A DNA stretch of 64,000 nt from an uncultured Bacteroidales bacterium (GTDB lineage: Bacteria > Bacteroidota > Bacteroidia > Bacteroidales > VadinHA17): NCBI GenBank assembly GCA_963725785.1, contig CAVRZV010000010.1, positions 384,619 to 448,618 on the forward strand, given 5' to 3'. Of this stretch, positions 49,461 to 59,128 are shown piece by piece. The notes below the pieces were generated by a model, which did not search any database, had not been told where the DNA came from, and was given only the letters and a program-made list of their open reading frames with translations. Each line of letters starts with the position of its first letter. Positions within the stretch are counted from its first letter, which is position 1. The position numbers were made by a program, and so were the translations under genes.

Positions 49461-49656
49461 ATCTATTATGCGAATCTGTTATTCAGACTACAAAATTACA
49501 ATAATATTTATTGTTATTATTAGCCTTTTGAACATGATTGAGTGTAAGAAACTGACGGTTTTCAGAGCTTCAGTTTTTGGAACAAATTTCAAAGTTGCTT
49601 GTTATACTCCTTTTAAAATTGAGTTGAACAAATCAATAACATAATTTATAGCAGCC

Positions 49657-50106
49657 ATGAAAACAAAAAAAGGATTAAACTCTCTTATTTTCAGTACAGC
49701 AAGAGATAACAGATCAATCCTGATCAGGTTAACTGTTGGTCTGATTTTTTTGACTGAAGGCATCCAGAAATACCTTTTCCCTGAACTTTTAGGTACCGGC
49801 AGGTTTTTAACAATTGGTTTCAGTCACCCTGCATTCTGGGCATATTTTACCGGGACTTTTGAGATTATTTGTGGTACTCTCATCATTATCGGATTTGTTG
49901 CAAGATTGGCATCGATACCGCTGATTATTATCATGATTACTGCATTTATATCAACTAAAATACCAATTCTGATACATAAAGGATTGTGGCCATGGGCACA
50001 TGAATACCGTACAGACTTTGCCATGACCCTGCTGCTGATATATCTTATAATTTATGGTGCCGGGAACTGGTCGGTGGATTCAAAAATCAGGACAGAGCAT
50101 GAGTAA
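49657..50106 (+). CDS. DoxX-family membrane protein
   Basis: 149 aa with four TM helices. The LRLTVGLIFLTEGIQKY pattern is typical of DoxX. Confidence 0.7.
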   Translation: MKTKKGLNSLIFSTARDNRSILIRLTVGLIFLTEGIQKYLFPELLGTGRFLTIGFSHPAFWAYFTGTFEIICGTLIIIGFVARLASIPLIIIMITAFISTKIPILIHKGLWPWAHEYRTDFAMTLLLIYLIIYGAGNWSVDSKIRTEHE

Positions 50107-50111
50107 TGAAA

Positions 50112-50606
50112 TCAGAATTTCAGCGCCGCAGTAATCTGAAAAACACCATAAGAGATTGATTGGTTAAATATTGTGCGCAGAGATACTTCCAACTTGGAAA
50201 ATTTAACACCCATACCTCCCAGTGGACAGACTTTACCATCAGGATTCCGGATATCATCTGATACGCCCGACTCGCCTGTTTTGGACAAATAAGAACCGCC
50301 CAGCTCAATAAAAAGGTGTTTTTGCCAGTAACCTTTGACAATAAGAGAAGGGATAAAATATGTGATTGGATCGCCACCATACTGGTCTTCGTGCAGAGAG
50401 TATAATGCCTCACCATAAAAGCCAAAACTGGTAATTCTGATACCTGCCTGCAGACCCAGATGGTAATGTGCTGCAACATCTTTACCCGGGGTATACGATT
50501 TCATCAGGTTAACACCTCCCCTGACATTCCAGTCGAATGATTGTGCAAAAAGTGTACCCCATGAGATAAGAAGAAGTACAAACAGAGTTAACAGGATTTT
50601 CTTCAT
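50112..50606 (-). CDS. small outer-membrane beta-barrel (porin-family) protein
   Basis: Signal peptide, alternating amphipathic strands and a C-terminal aromatic residue (…ALKF). Confidence 0.6.
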   Translation of the reverse strand: MKKILLTLFVLLLISWGTLFAQSFDWNVRGGVNLMKSYTPGKDVAAHYHLGLQAGIRITSFGFYGEALYSLHEDQYGGDPITYFIPSLIVKGYWQKHLFIELGGSYLSKTGESGVSDDIRNPDGKVCPLGGMGVKFSKLEVSLRTIFNQSISYGVFQITAALKF

Positions 50607-50687
50607 GATTATATCTTTACAGAGCTAAATTAACAAATTAATTTTAATCAGTCAATAATCCGGATTTGATATGTAAAATTTTAAAGT

Positions 50688-50695
50688 TAAATTTG
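50688..50695 (+). promoter_or_regulatory. candidate -7 box (TAAATTTG)
   Basis: TAnnTTTG match 26 nt upstream of the WD40-caspase ATG. Confidence 0.35.
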
Positions 50696-50720
50696 TTAGG
50701 AACATCAAAGAGATTGATTT

Positions 50721-52460
50721 ATGAAAAAGATTATATGCGTTATTATCTTAAGCATTTATCCTCTTTCCTATGCAAAATCACAACAGCTTATTCATAACTT
50801 TGGTAACAACCATGTGCCAACATCAGCAATTTCTTTTACACCTGATGGCAAACTTTTATTAGTTGGGGGGTATGCTAAATTCTATGATATTGAGCTTGAA
50901 AAGGTAGATTTCAGAACTATTCCAAAAGACTATGAGACACAGATGGATTTTGCCTTTGATGCTATTCTTAGTCCGGATAAACGTACTTTCCTGTTAACAA
51001 AGATCAACCAGATTGAAATCTGGGATATGCAAAGCCGGAAGATTATAAAGACACTGAAGGATAATCAACTGATTCCAACGGCCGTTTGTTTCTCCGGTAA
51101 TGCCAACTTAATTTATATGAGAAAGAAGGGTGAGGTGGTTTTCGTCAATGCATCTACTTATAAGGAGAAAATCATAAACAGGATATCAGAAACGCCAGTC
51201 TCAATATGTCTGTCACCTGAAGGAAATAACCTTTTAATTGGTACAAAAGTAAACAAAATCTTTACCTTAGATCTGAGTTCCCAGCGATTGACCATTACCG
51301 AAATTGATAGCAAGGAAAAGACAGACCATATAGAATTCTCTCCCTATGGTGGTTATGTTGCTGCATCTTCATCAGACGGAAGAATATGGCTGGGGAAATA
51401 TCCTTCGATGGAAAAGGTCAGATCGTGGCAGGCCCATTCTGAGGGGCAGACTGCAATAACCTTTCATCCGTCCGGACAATATCTGGCATCCGGCGGTAAG
51501 GACAAGATGATCTGCATCTGGAGAATTCCCGAATGTTCCAAAGTTTCTGAATGGGAGGCACATAAACTTCCTCTGGCATCTCTTGCCTTTTCTCCTTCGG
51601 GCACGGAACTTGCTTCAGGATCCTTCAATGCTGTTGCAATATCAGGTGATGATACAAAACTATGGACATTCAATGAGCCTTCTCAATTATCCTCTTTAAA
51701 AAATGAAATTGTTAAATCCAATCTGCCTGATAGTAAAGTGATGACTTTACAGCAGACAGACAATTCCATGAAGAAACGAATCGCCTTACTAATTGGTAAT
51801 GGGGCTTATATAAATTCAATTCTGGCCAATCCTGAAAATGATGCCCGTGAATTTAAAAATGCACTGATACAATACGGATTTGATGTAGTTGAATATGAAA
51901 ACCTGAACCAGAACCAAATGAAAAAGGCAATAGATGAATTTGGAGTGAAACTTAAAAACTATGATGTAGGTTTATTCTATTATGCAGGTCATGGAATACA
52001 ATCAAAAGGTATAAATTATCTTATTCCTGTTGATGCCATTCTTGGTTCAGAACAGCAGGTAGAATATGATTGTGTCCAGGCGGACAGAATTCTGGGAGGT
52101 ATGGAAGCATCAGGTGCAAAAGTCAACATAATGATTCTTGACGCCTGCAGGAACAATCCTTTTGAAAGAAGCTGGACCAGGGCAATATCGGGTAAGGGAT
52201 TAGCATATATGAACGCACCGAGCGGGACCCTGATTGCGTATGCAACTGCACCGGGAAGCACTGCTTCAGATGGTTCGGGAAAGAATGGTCTCTATACGTC
52301 TGCAATTCTTGAAAGCATTAAAATCCCAAACCTCACTATACTTCAGATGTTCCAGAATGTGCGGAGTATTGTTTCTCAAAAATCAAATAAACAACAGATC
52401 CCGTGGGAATCTACCTCGTTGACAGGTGATTTTTATTTTTATCAGGTCAGTCAAAAATAG
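50721..52460 (+). CDS. secreted WD40-repeat / caspase (peptidase C14) fusion protein
   Basis: Signal peptide MKKIICVIILSIYPLSYA. The N-terminal ~300 aa carry WD40 blades (GGKDKMICIWR, WEAH, LASGS). The C-terminal domain has the caspase His (YYAGHG) and Cys (LDACRNNPF) dyad. Confidence 0.8.
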   Translation: MKKIICVIILSIYPLSYAKSQQLIHNFGNNHVPTSAISFTPDGKLLLVGGYAKFYDIELEKVDFRTIPKDYETQMDFAFDAILSPDKRTFLLTKINQIEIWDMQSRKIIKTLKDNQLIPTAVCFSGNANLIYMRKKGEVVFVNASTYKEKIINRISETPVSICLSPEGNNLLIGTKVNKIFTLDLSSQRLTITEIDSKEKTDHIEFSPYGGYVAASSSDGRIWLGKYPSMEKVRSWQAHSEGQTAITFHPSGQYLASGGKDKMICIWRIPECSKVSEWEAHKLPLASLAFSPSGTELASGSFNAVAISGDDTKLWTFNEPSQLSSLKNEIVKSNLPDSKVMTLQQTDNSMKKRIALLIGNGAYINSILANPENDAREFKNALIQYGFDVVEYENLNQNQMKKAIDEFGVKLKNYDVGLFYYAGHGIQSKGINYLIPVDAILGSEQQVEYDCVQADRILGGMEASGAKVNIMILDACRNNPFERSWTRAISGKGLAYMNAPSGTLIAYATAPGSTASDGSGKNGLYTSAILESIKIPNLTILQMFQNVRSIVSQKSNKQQIPWESTSLTGDFYFYQVSQK

Positions 52461-52490
52461 CAATAATGATTTTTTGCATCAACTGAAGCA

Positions 52491-52931
52491 ATGTACCAGA
52501 AAGATTATATACTTCGCATGATTGAAATGTTCGGTGAGTTACTCGCCGGTATCTTTGGATTGATAAAAAAGGGGCAATATGACCGGGCTTCTGAACAGAT
52601 TGGAAAAGTCTACTATGATTTATTAAAAGAGGATGCTTCCTTCTTCAGAGTAATACCGGAGGAAGATCTTACACAGAAATTAATGAAAGAGCATAACTAT
52701 ACCAATGGTCATCTCGAGATTCTTGCCGAGTTGTTTAATGCAGAAGCTGAGCTCGCTTTAGCCCAGGGAAACAATCCGGGATGCATGGAATACTCCCGGA
52801 AGTCGCTTATCCTGTTTGAATTCATTGATGAGGATTTAAAAACATACTCCCTCGAAAGAATAAATAAAATGGAATCTATCAGAAAGAGGATTGAAACAGT
52901 ATCAACAAATGATGCAGAAACTGAAATTTGA
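52491..52931 (+). CDS. hypothetical small all-helical protein
   Basis: 146 aa, no signal peptide, helix-rich composition. Its 3' end overlaps the start of the kinase gene. Confidence 0.5.
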   Translation: MYQKDYILRMIEMFGELLAGIFGLIKKGQYDRASEQIGKVYYDLLKEDASFFRVIPEEDLTQKLMKEHNYTNGHLEILAELFNAEAELALAQGNNPGCMEYSRKSLILFEFIDEDLKTYSLERINKMESIRKRIETVSTNDAETEI

Positions 52932-54255
52932 ATATCGGATAATTGCAGGTTATATTCTGGTCGGTGGACTTTGGATTGTATTTTCTGACAAAGTACTTAA
53001 CTATTTTATCAGAGACCCCGATATAATGACCAGAATTCAGACATTCAAAGGCTGGTTTTATGTTTTGATCACTGCCGTGTTGTTTTATTCACTTTTAAAA
53101 AGCCATCTGGTCAAAATACGGAAAGCTGAACAAAAAGCTATTGACAGCGACAGGTTAAAAACTGCATTTCTTCAGAATTTGTCACACGAGATACGTACTC
53201 CTATGAACAGCATAGTTGGTTTTTCGCGTCTCTTGAAAGATGAAGTAACATCCGATTCTGAAAAAACTGATTATCTGGAAATGATCGCAAAAAGTTCCGA
53301 CCAGTTGCTGAATATTGTCAACGAAGTTTTGGATATCTCTCTTATTGAAACGGGAAATACCAGTATAAATAAAACGAGAGTAGACCTCAATAACTTATTG
53401 GAAGAGTTATCTCTTTCATTTAAACCCTTATTAAATAATTCAATCTCATTTACCCTTCTGAAAGGACTTTCAGATCAATCGGGTATTATCCTGACAGATG
53501 AAGTAAAAGTCAGACAGATCCTTAATAATCTGATAAACAATGCAATTAAATTTACAGAAAAGGGCTATATAAAATTTGGCTATTCTTTAGTAAACAATGA
53601 ACTGGAGTTTTTTGTTGAAGATAGCGGCATTGGTATTGATCCTCATTTTCATGACAAAGTTTTTGAACGTTTCAGGAAAGCTGACACGGATAATATTAAA
53701 TTATATGAAGGAGTAGGACTGGGTCTTTCCATATGCAAAGGAAATATTGAACTGCTCAAAGGAAAAATATGGATTGAATCAGAACCGGGTAAAGGCTCAA
53801 AATTTTTCTTCACAATACCGTATGAGCCTGTATCTGAAGCAGAAACTATCAGGTTAAATATCACTGAAAGTGATAAGAATCTTGACAAATTGACTATACT
53901 GGTTGCAGAGGATGATGAAATTAATTATTCGTACATAAAGGAAATATTCCGAGGCAGCGGAGCTGAGATATTGCATGCTGCAAATGGAAAAGAAGCCGTT
54001 GAAATATGTAAAAATAACAACAATATAGGAATGCTTCTTATTGATATTAAAATGCCTGTTATGAATGGTTATGATGCTATTAAACAGATCAGAGAGTTGC
54101 GACCATTCCTGCCGATAATCGCCCAGACTGCGTTTGCTTTGAGTAACGATATGTTAAAGGCATTTAATGCAGGTAGCAATGATTATATTTCTAAACCATT
54201 TAAAAAAGAGCAGTTACTTGCAATAGTCAAAAAACATCTGCCACCTGAGGTGTGA
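52909..54255 (+). CDS. hybrid sensor histidine kinase / response regulator
   Basis: Two N-terminal TM segments (GGLWIVFSD...). H-box SHEIRTPMN. N/G boxes NLINNAIKFT and GVGLGLSIC. C-terminal receiver domain (ILVAEDDEINY...IDIKMPVMNG). The ATG at 52909/52912 is preferred over the track's TTG at 52891. Confidence 0.85.
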   Translation: MMQKLKFEYRIIAGYILVGGLWIVFSDKVLNYFIRDPDIMTRIQTFKGWFYVLITAVLFYSLLKSHLVKIRKAEQKAIDSDRLKTAFLQNLSHEIRTPMNSIVGFSRLLKDEVTSDSEKTDYLEMIAKSSDQLLNIVNEVLDISLIETGNTSINKTRVDLNNLLEELSLSFKPLLNNSISFTLLKGLSDQSGIILTDEVKVRQILNNLINNAIKFTEKGYIKFGYSLVNNELEFFVEDSGIGIDPHFHDKVFERFRKADTDNIKLYEGVGLGLSICKGNIELLKGKIWIESEPGKGSKFFFTIPYEPVSEAETIRLNITESDKNLDKLTILVAEDDEINYSYIKEIFRGSGAEILHAANGKEAVEICKNNNNIGMLLIDIKMPVMNGYDAIKQIRELRPFLPIIAQTAFALSNDMLKAFNAGSNDYISKPFKKEQLLAIVKKHLPPEV

Positions 54256-54327
54256 GGTGTAATGTTGTATAGGACAAATATTGGCAGGGTATTTGTACAA
54301 AGAATCACAGATTTAAATAACCGGTAT

Positions 54328-55038
54328 ATGAAAAGAATATGTTTCCTGGCCCTTATAGCATTTCTTGTGATCCAGCAGTCGGATGCACAATTTTTTAAGG
54401 ATGCAAAAAAATTATTCAATAACAAAACTAAAGGTCTGACTGAGAAGGATGCAGCTGACGGCATTAAAGAAGCACTTATAAACGGAACCGGTGAAAGTGT
54501 GAAACTGGTATCGGTTTTGAATGGATATTGGGGCAATCCTGAAATAAAAATTCCTTTTCCTTCCGAGGCAAAAGAGGTGGAATCAAAACTCAGGACCATC
54601 GGTATGGGCAATAAGGTTGACGAATTTAATGAATCAATGAACCGTGCGGCTGAGAAAGCATCTGGCGAGGCAAAAACAATTTTCATTGCAGCAATTAAAG
54701 GGATGACTATACGAGATGCAATCAATATTGTAAAAGGGCCAGATAACGCGGCTACTATATATCTTAAAAATACAACATCACCTGAGCTTATTGAAAAATT
54801 CCAGCCTGTAATCAAAACTTCGCTTGATAATGTAAATGCCACCCGTTACTGGAGCGATCTGATTACAATCTATAATAAGATACCAATGGTAAGGAAAATG
54901 AATCCAAATCTTACTCAGTATGTAACCCAAAAAGCTATTGATGGTCTCTTTATCATGATAGCCAAAGAGGAATTGAAAATCCGTAAGGATCCAATGGCAA
55001 GGACATCGGAGCTACTTAAAAAAGTCTTTGGAAACTGA
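54328..55038 (+). CDS. DUF4197-family periplasmic protein
   Basis: The ATG at 54328 gives signal peptide MKRICFLALIAFLVIQQSDAQ. The GIKEAL...MNRAAEKA...AIKGMTIRDAINIVKGPDNAAT pattern matches that family as I remember it. Confidence 0.6.
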   Translation: MKRICFLALIAFLVIQQSDAQFFKDAKKLFNNKTKGLTEKDAADGIKEALINGTGESVKLVSVLNGYWGNPEIKIPFPSEAKEVESKLRTIGMGNKVDEFNESMNRAAEKASGEAKTIFIAAIKGMTIRDAINIVKGPDNAATIYLKNTTSPELIEKFQPVIKTSLDNVNATRYWSDLITIYNKIPMVRKMNPNLTQYVTQKAIDGLFIMIAKEELKIRKDPMARTSELLKKVFGN

Positions 55039-55076
55039 CGGTACTCTTGCCAGTCGGTTAGTCCTTTGGTTTTGGG

Positions 55077-55493
55077 TCAATTGGATTTTAAATATGCCTT
55101 TATGGCATTCCAGTAATATTGTTTCCATCCACCGCTGATAGACGCAACAGTTTGTTCCGGAACATTAGTCTGCAGAAATCTGAGTTTTGTTTTATTACCT
55201 GCCGGTTCCAGCTCAAAAGTACAAATACTTAAATGGTCATCAGGCCATCCATCTTCGGCAAAGTGCCATGCCTGAACTATTTTTTTCCCTCTTTCCAATT
55301 CAATATTATGTCCATGGACGTATCCATCCCATACAGTGAATTTACCATCCACCTTTGTACTGATGATTGCCTCAGAACCTGTAAATTGAGAATGTTTCTT
55401 CTCATCCATTATCAGATCATAGATCTTTTCCGGTGATGCATTAAATGTTGCAGTTTGTTTAATTGATTTCGTTCTCATAATATCCCGATTCAA
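55077..55493 (-). CDS. SRPBCC-superfamily protein (AHSA1-like)
   Basis: 138 aa. The pattern F.ASPEKIYDL..D...H..FTG is typical of Aha1-domain proteins. Confidence 0.65.
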   Translation of the reverse strand: MNRDIMRTKSIKQTATFNASPEKIYDLIMDEKKHSQFTGSEAIISTKVDGKFTVWDGYVHGHNIELERGKKIVQAWHFAEDGWPDDHLSICTFELEPAGNKTKLRFLQTNVPEQTVASISGGWKQYYWNAIKAYLKSN

Positions 55494-55567
55494 TACACAT
55501 AATAACCATAATTGCTTTGAATTTGTTCAGTAAAGCTGAGATACCAGTGTATTGCCACTCACTTCTC

Positions 55568-56554
55568 TTACCACAAATTTTGTACTTCCTGCCTTATATA
55601 TTGATTATAGATATTGTTCATGGCTAAGATCTGTCCGGGAGATAAGGCAGGAAGATCATAAACCGACAGGTTGGAATACACCTGATCTACTTTCGATGCT
55701 CCCGGGATTATCGTACTTACCTCTTTAAAGTTCAATATCCATTGTAATGCATGCGGAGCAAGATTCTTAGTATCGGGGAATAATGATTTTAATGCATCAA
55801 CTGCTTTTAAACCCAACTCATAATTAATACCTGAAAATGTTTCACCCCTGTCAAAAGCTTCACCCTGCCGGTTGAAATTTCGATGATCGCCGCTATTAAA
55901 GACAGTACGAGAATTATATAAACCGGTAAGAAGCCCACTGGCAAGAGGCACCCTTACAATGATCCCGATATTTCGTTTTCCGGCCTCGCCGAAAAACAGT
56001 TCAGCAGGTTTCTGACGGAAAAGGTTGAAGATTATCTGAACTGTGGTCACATTCGGGTACTCAATGGCTTTCATAGCCTCATCAACTTTTTCGACACTGA
56101 CACCCAGGTTCAGAATTTTGCCCTCTTCTTTAAGCCTGTCAAACGTCTCAAAAATTTCAGGCCGGTAGTAGACCTCTGCCGGAGGACAATGAAGCTGGAC
56201 CAGGTCGAGAGTATTAAGACCTGTCCGTTTTAAACTATCCTCAACAAATTTTTTAAGAACCCCGGGCTGATATCCTTCATTATTATGAGGATTAATCTGA
56301 CGTCCGCACTTAGTAGCCACATATACTTTTTCGGATCTGGAGCGGACCACCCGTCCAACTGCTGCCTCGCTCATTCCACCACTGTAGACATCAGCGGTAT
56401 CGATAAAATTAACACCATTATCGATGGCACAGTTAATTATCTGTTCAGCATTCTTAAAGCTAAATGCTGAGCCCCATTTTCCTCCTGTCTGCCACGTTCC
56501 CAGCGAGATCTCGGATACTCTGAAACCAGTTTTGCCCAATATTCTGTATTTCAT
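55568..56554 (-). CDS. aldo/keto reductase
   Basis: MKYRILGKTGFRVSEISLGTW...FIDTADVY...KCG.. motifs. 328 aa. Confidence 0.85.
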   Translation of the reverse strand: MKYRILGKTGFRVSEISLGTWQTGGKWGSAFSFKNAEQIINCAIDNGVNFIDTADVYSGGMSEAAVGRVVRSRSEKVYVATKCGRQINPHNNEGYQPGVLKKFVEDSLKRTGLNTLDLVQLHCPPAEVYYRPEIFETFDRLKEEGKILNLGVSVEKVDEAMKAIEYPNVTTVQIIFNLFRQKPAELFFGEAGKRNIGIIVRVPLASGLLTGLYNSRTVFNSGDHRNFNRQGEAFDRGETFSGINYELGLKAVDALKSLFPDTKNLAPHALQWILNFKEVSTIIPGASKVDQVYSNLSVYDLPALSPGQILAMNNIYNQYIRQEVQNLW

Positions 56555-56584
56555 GATATATAGTCTTAAAAACTTTCGGAAATA

Positions 56585-57070
56585 TTAATACCAATTGTTT
56601 AATTCCCCCAGCTCCCTATCATAGTCAAACTGAAGATCTTCATGTAAGAGGATTATTTTTTTTCTGATAACCTCAATCTGCCTGAGATATAAATTCAGAA
56701 GTCCGGTATTACTCCGGATTGAGGGGTTGAATTTTTTAAGTTTGGTACAAAAATAGACCAGTAATTCCACTTCTGTTTCTTTTTTTTGTGAATACCTGGC
56801 AAACTTCCTGATATTACGCAAAATCTTACGAAAACTTTTTTTAATCAGGTAATGACTTTTTCTGTTTATCTGCTCAAATTGCTCATCAACATCCTTTTTT
56901 ACGCTTTCTAAATATAAGGCTTCATCGGATGATTCAAAAAGTAAGTAGGTTAATAATTCCTTATTCTCCTTTTTAAATCTTGCCAGACGGAGACACAGTT
57001 CCCTCAGCTCTTTTGGTGTATAGTTAGTTAATTCTTCCTTGATCTCTTTAACAGTTACAGCCTTCATCAA
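56585..57070 (-). CDS. hypothetical cytoplasmic helical protein
   Basis: 161 aa, Lys/Glu/Leu-rich. No motif recognised. Confidence 0.45.
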   Translation of the reverse strand: MMKAVTVKEIKEELTNYTPKELRELCLRLARFKKENKELLTYLLFESSDEALYLESVKKDVDEQFEQINRKSHYLIKKSFRKILRNIRKFARYSQKKETEVELLVYFCTKLKKFNPSIRSNTGLLNLYLRQIEVIRKKIILLHEDLQFDYDRELGELNNWY

Positions 57071-57190
57071 TATAATTTAAGCAAGAAATTATCGCGATAT
57101 CCCTAATACTATTTAAAGACAAAGTTATAATTTTTAAGAAGGTCAGAGCTATAAGAAAGAATCGGAAGTAGTAATTGCTCTCTATTATTG

Positions 57191-57258
57191 GTTACTCGCT
57201 ACTCATTGCCCGTTGCTCCACACTTCAGAACAAGCAACAGGCAACAAGCAACGAGAAC
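57191..57258. repeat. imperfect hairpin of CGTTGC / GCAACA words downstream of the Spy-like gene
   Basis: gttactcgctactcattgcccgttgctcc ... gaacaagcaacaggcaacaagcaacgagaac. Confidence 0.6.
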
Positions 57259-57283
57259 TGACAGCCGGTATCCTATCAATCCA

Positions 57284-57901
57284 CTATTTTGTTTTTGCAG
57301 GAGCCGGGGAAGGATTTTCCGATCGTGATTCAATAAACCTTTTCTGTTCATCGGTAAGAATATTGAGTATGCTTTTTCTCTGAGAATCTCTAAGCGCCTT
57401 CATTTTGGTCTGCATCTCCTCTCTCAGTTTTTTCATTTCATCACGCTGCTTTGTCATAAGATCAGTTATCTCTTTTTTCTGCTTTTCAGTAACATTTGGA
57501 ATACTTCCGAGCATCATCATGCCCGGTCCAAACCGTCTGCCTGAAATGCTATCTCCCAACATAGGTCTGTTGCCACTTCTCATATCAAAGCCCATACCAG
57601 GTCTCATTCCCCTTCCCATACCAGGTCTCATTCCCCTTCCCATAACCATACCGTTATCCATTCCCATTCCAAACATGTTTCGATGGCCCATGAAAGGTCT
57701 CATTTGATCAAAACGCCTGTGTTCCATCCATGTTCTGTTGCCCATTCCATGTCTGTTCAGTGAATCGGAAGCCATCCACATGTGTTTCATGCGGGTAGTA
57801 TCAGCCGCACCCCTCATCCCGCGCTGTGCGGAGAGTGGCATATTGCAAGCCAGTATAAGCATCAGCAATATTCCTGTAAGTTGTACTTTTCTTTTCATCA
57901 T
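57284..57901 (-). CDS. periplasmic Spy/CpxP-family (LTxxQ) protein with Met/Gly/Arg-rich repeat region
   Basis: Signal peptide. The central region reads MGHRNMFGMGMDNGMVMGRGMRPGMGRGMRPGMGFDMRSG. The C-terminal helices carry VTEKQKKE and LTDEQKRF (LTxxQ) motifs. Confidence 0.65.
   Translation of the reverse strand: MMKRKVQLTGILLMLILACNMPLSAQRGMRGAADTTRMKHMWMASDSLNRHGMGNRTWMEHRRFDQMRPFMGHRNMFGMGMDNGMVMGRGMRPGMGRGMRPGMGFDMRSGNRPMLGDSISGRRFGPGMMMLGSIPNVTEKQKKEITDLMTKQRDEMKKLREEMQTKMKALRDSQRKSILNILTDEQKRFIESRSENPSPAPAKTK
57597..57644. repeat. perfect 24-bp tandem duplication inside the Spy-like CDS
   Basis: ccaggtctcattccccttcccata occurs twice, encoding MGRGMRPG twice on the minus strand. Confidence 0.9.
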
Positions 57902-58228
57902 TTCACTTTTTTACGTTAATACTAATCAAAATCATCTATTCCCTGACAAAAAATCAATGTCATGAACTATTCTTTATAAATCAGACAATTGTAAACCGGT
58001 TTTCATTCTGTTATTTGATGCCGTTAACAAAAGAATAACATAGTTTCCTTATGAGATCAGTCATTTAATATGTCATTTTGTATCCTACCGGACAAATTGA
58101 CTTAACATATAGCATACATTATATATCATTCTGTTATTCAATGTAATACATATTTGATTAACACGTATATATTGATTCCAATTTTTTTGGCTTTAATATT
58201 GCTATCTGTTCTTTTAAAAGGAGTTATT

Positions 58229-59098
58229 ATGGATGTTTTTTCTGAAATAATAGTTAATGCAGTAGATAAAGCAAAAAATGCTGTAGTCAAGATTGACAGG
58301 TATTCTTTTTTAAATGGAAAAGAAAGATTTACAGGATCTGGTTCCGGGTTTGTTTTCTCAAGCGACGGATTGATACTCACAAATGCACATGTGCTTGAGA
58401 ATGCTGACAGACTAAACGTCTCATTACTCGATGGCAATGAGTTTTCCGGTGAATTGGTTGGAACAGATCCGGACACTGACGTTGCCATTATAAAAGTATT
58501 CGGAACCGGCTATACTCCTGTAAAACTTGGAGTTTCAGGTGATCTCAGGATCGGGCAACTGGTAATTGCAATCGGCAATCCATTAGGTTATCAACATTCG
58601 GTTTCTGTTGGAGTGCTAAGCGGAATAGGAAGAACCATGCGTACTCCTGGCGGTCAGCTGATTGATGATATACTTCAATCAGATGCTGCAATGAATCCCG
58701 GAAATTCTGGTGGCCCGATGATTGACACAAATGGTGAAGCGATCGGAATAAATACTGCAATTATTATTAGTGCACAAGGCCTGAGTTTTTCGATAGGCAT
58801 TGATTCGGCCAAAGAAATTACCAGGTACCTCATTAGTGATGGTAAAGTGATTAAGGCTTTTCTCGGATTAATGACCCATGAAATTGAGATACATCCCAGG
58901 ATAAAGAACTTTTACAGACTAAACTCAAAGAAAGGATTAATGATAACCGGATTGGAAAGTTCATCACCGGCATCACGGGCAGACCTGCGTGAAGGAGATA
59001 TAATAATTGAATTTGACGGTGGAAGTATAACAAAGTCGGTTGATCTGACAAAACACTTAATTGGCAGTAAACTGATATTAAGAAGTCAACAGGTATGA
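58229..59098 (+). CDS. HtrA/DegP-type (S1C) serine protease with one PDZ domain; the C-terminus may be frameshifted
   Basis: Catalytic triad contexts TNAHV, DTDVAIIK and GNSGGP. PDZ segment GLMITGLESSSPASRADLREGDIIIEFDG. The ATG at 58229 is preceded by aaaggag. The track's TTG start at 58154 would add an N-terminal TM helix. Confidence 0.8.
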   Translation: MDVFSEIIVNAVDKAKNAVVKIDRYSFLNGKERFTGSGSGFVFSSDGLILTNAHVLENADRLNVSLLDGNEFSGELVGTDPDTDVAIIKVFGTGYTPVKLGVSGDLRIGQLVIAIGNPLGYQHSVSVGVLSGIGRTMRTPGGQLIDDILQSDAAMNPGNSGGPMIDTNGEAIGINTAIIISAQGLSFSIGIDSAKEITRYLISDGKVIKAFLGLMTHEIEIHPRIKNFYRLNSKKGLMITGLESSSPASRADLREGDIIIEFDGGSITKSVDLTKHLIGSKLILRSQQV

Positions 59099-59128
59099 GG
59101 ATACTCAGGCAGACAAGAATAGTTGATG

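Noticed and set aside
54183-54842. 219-aa minus-strand ORF
   Set aside because: It is antisense to the well-supported DUF4197 gene and to the kinase 3' end. It is a low-complexity Ser/Phe/Ile-rich translation typical of a shadow ORF.
14635-55493. Three SRPBCC/AHSA1-like paralogues (14635-15175, 20065-20502, 55077-55493) as parts of one system
   Set aside because: They are dispersed, lie in unrelated neighbourhoods and belong to a very common small-protein superfamily. There is no evidence of linkage.
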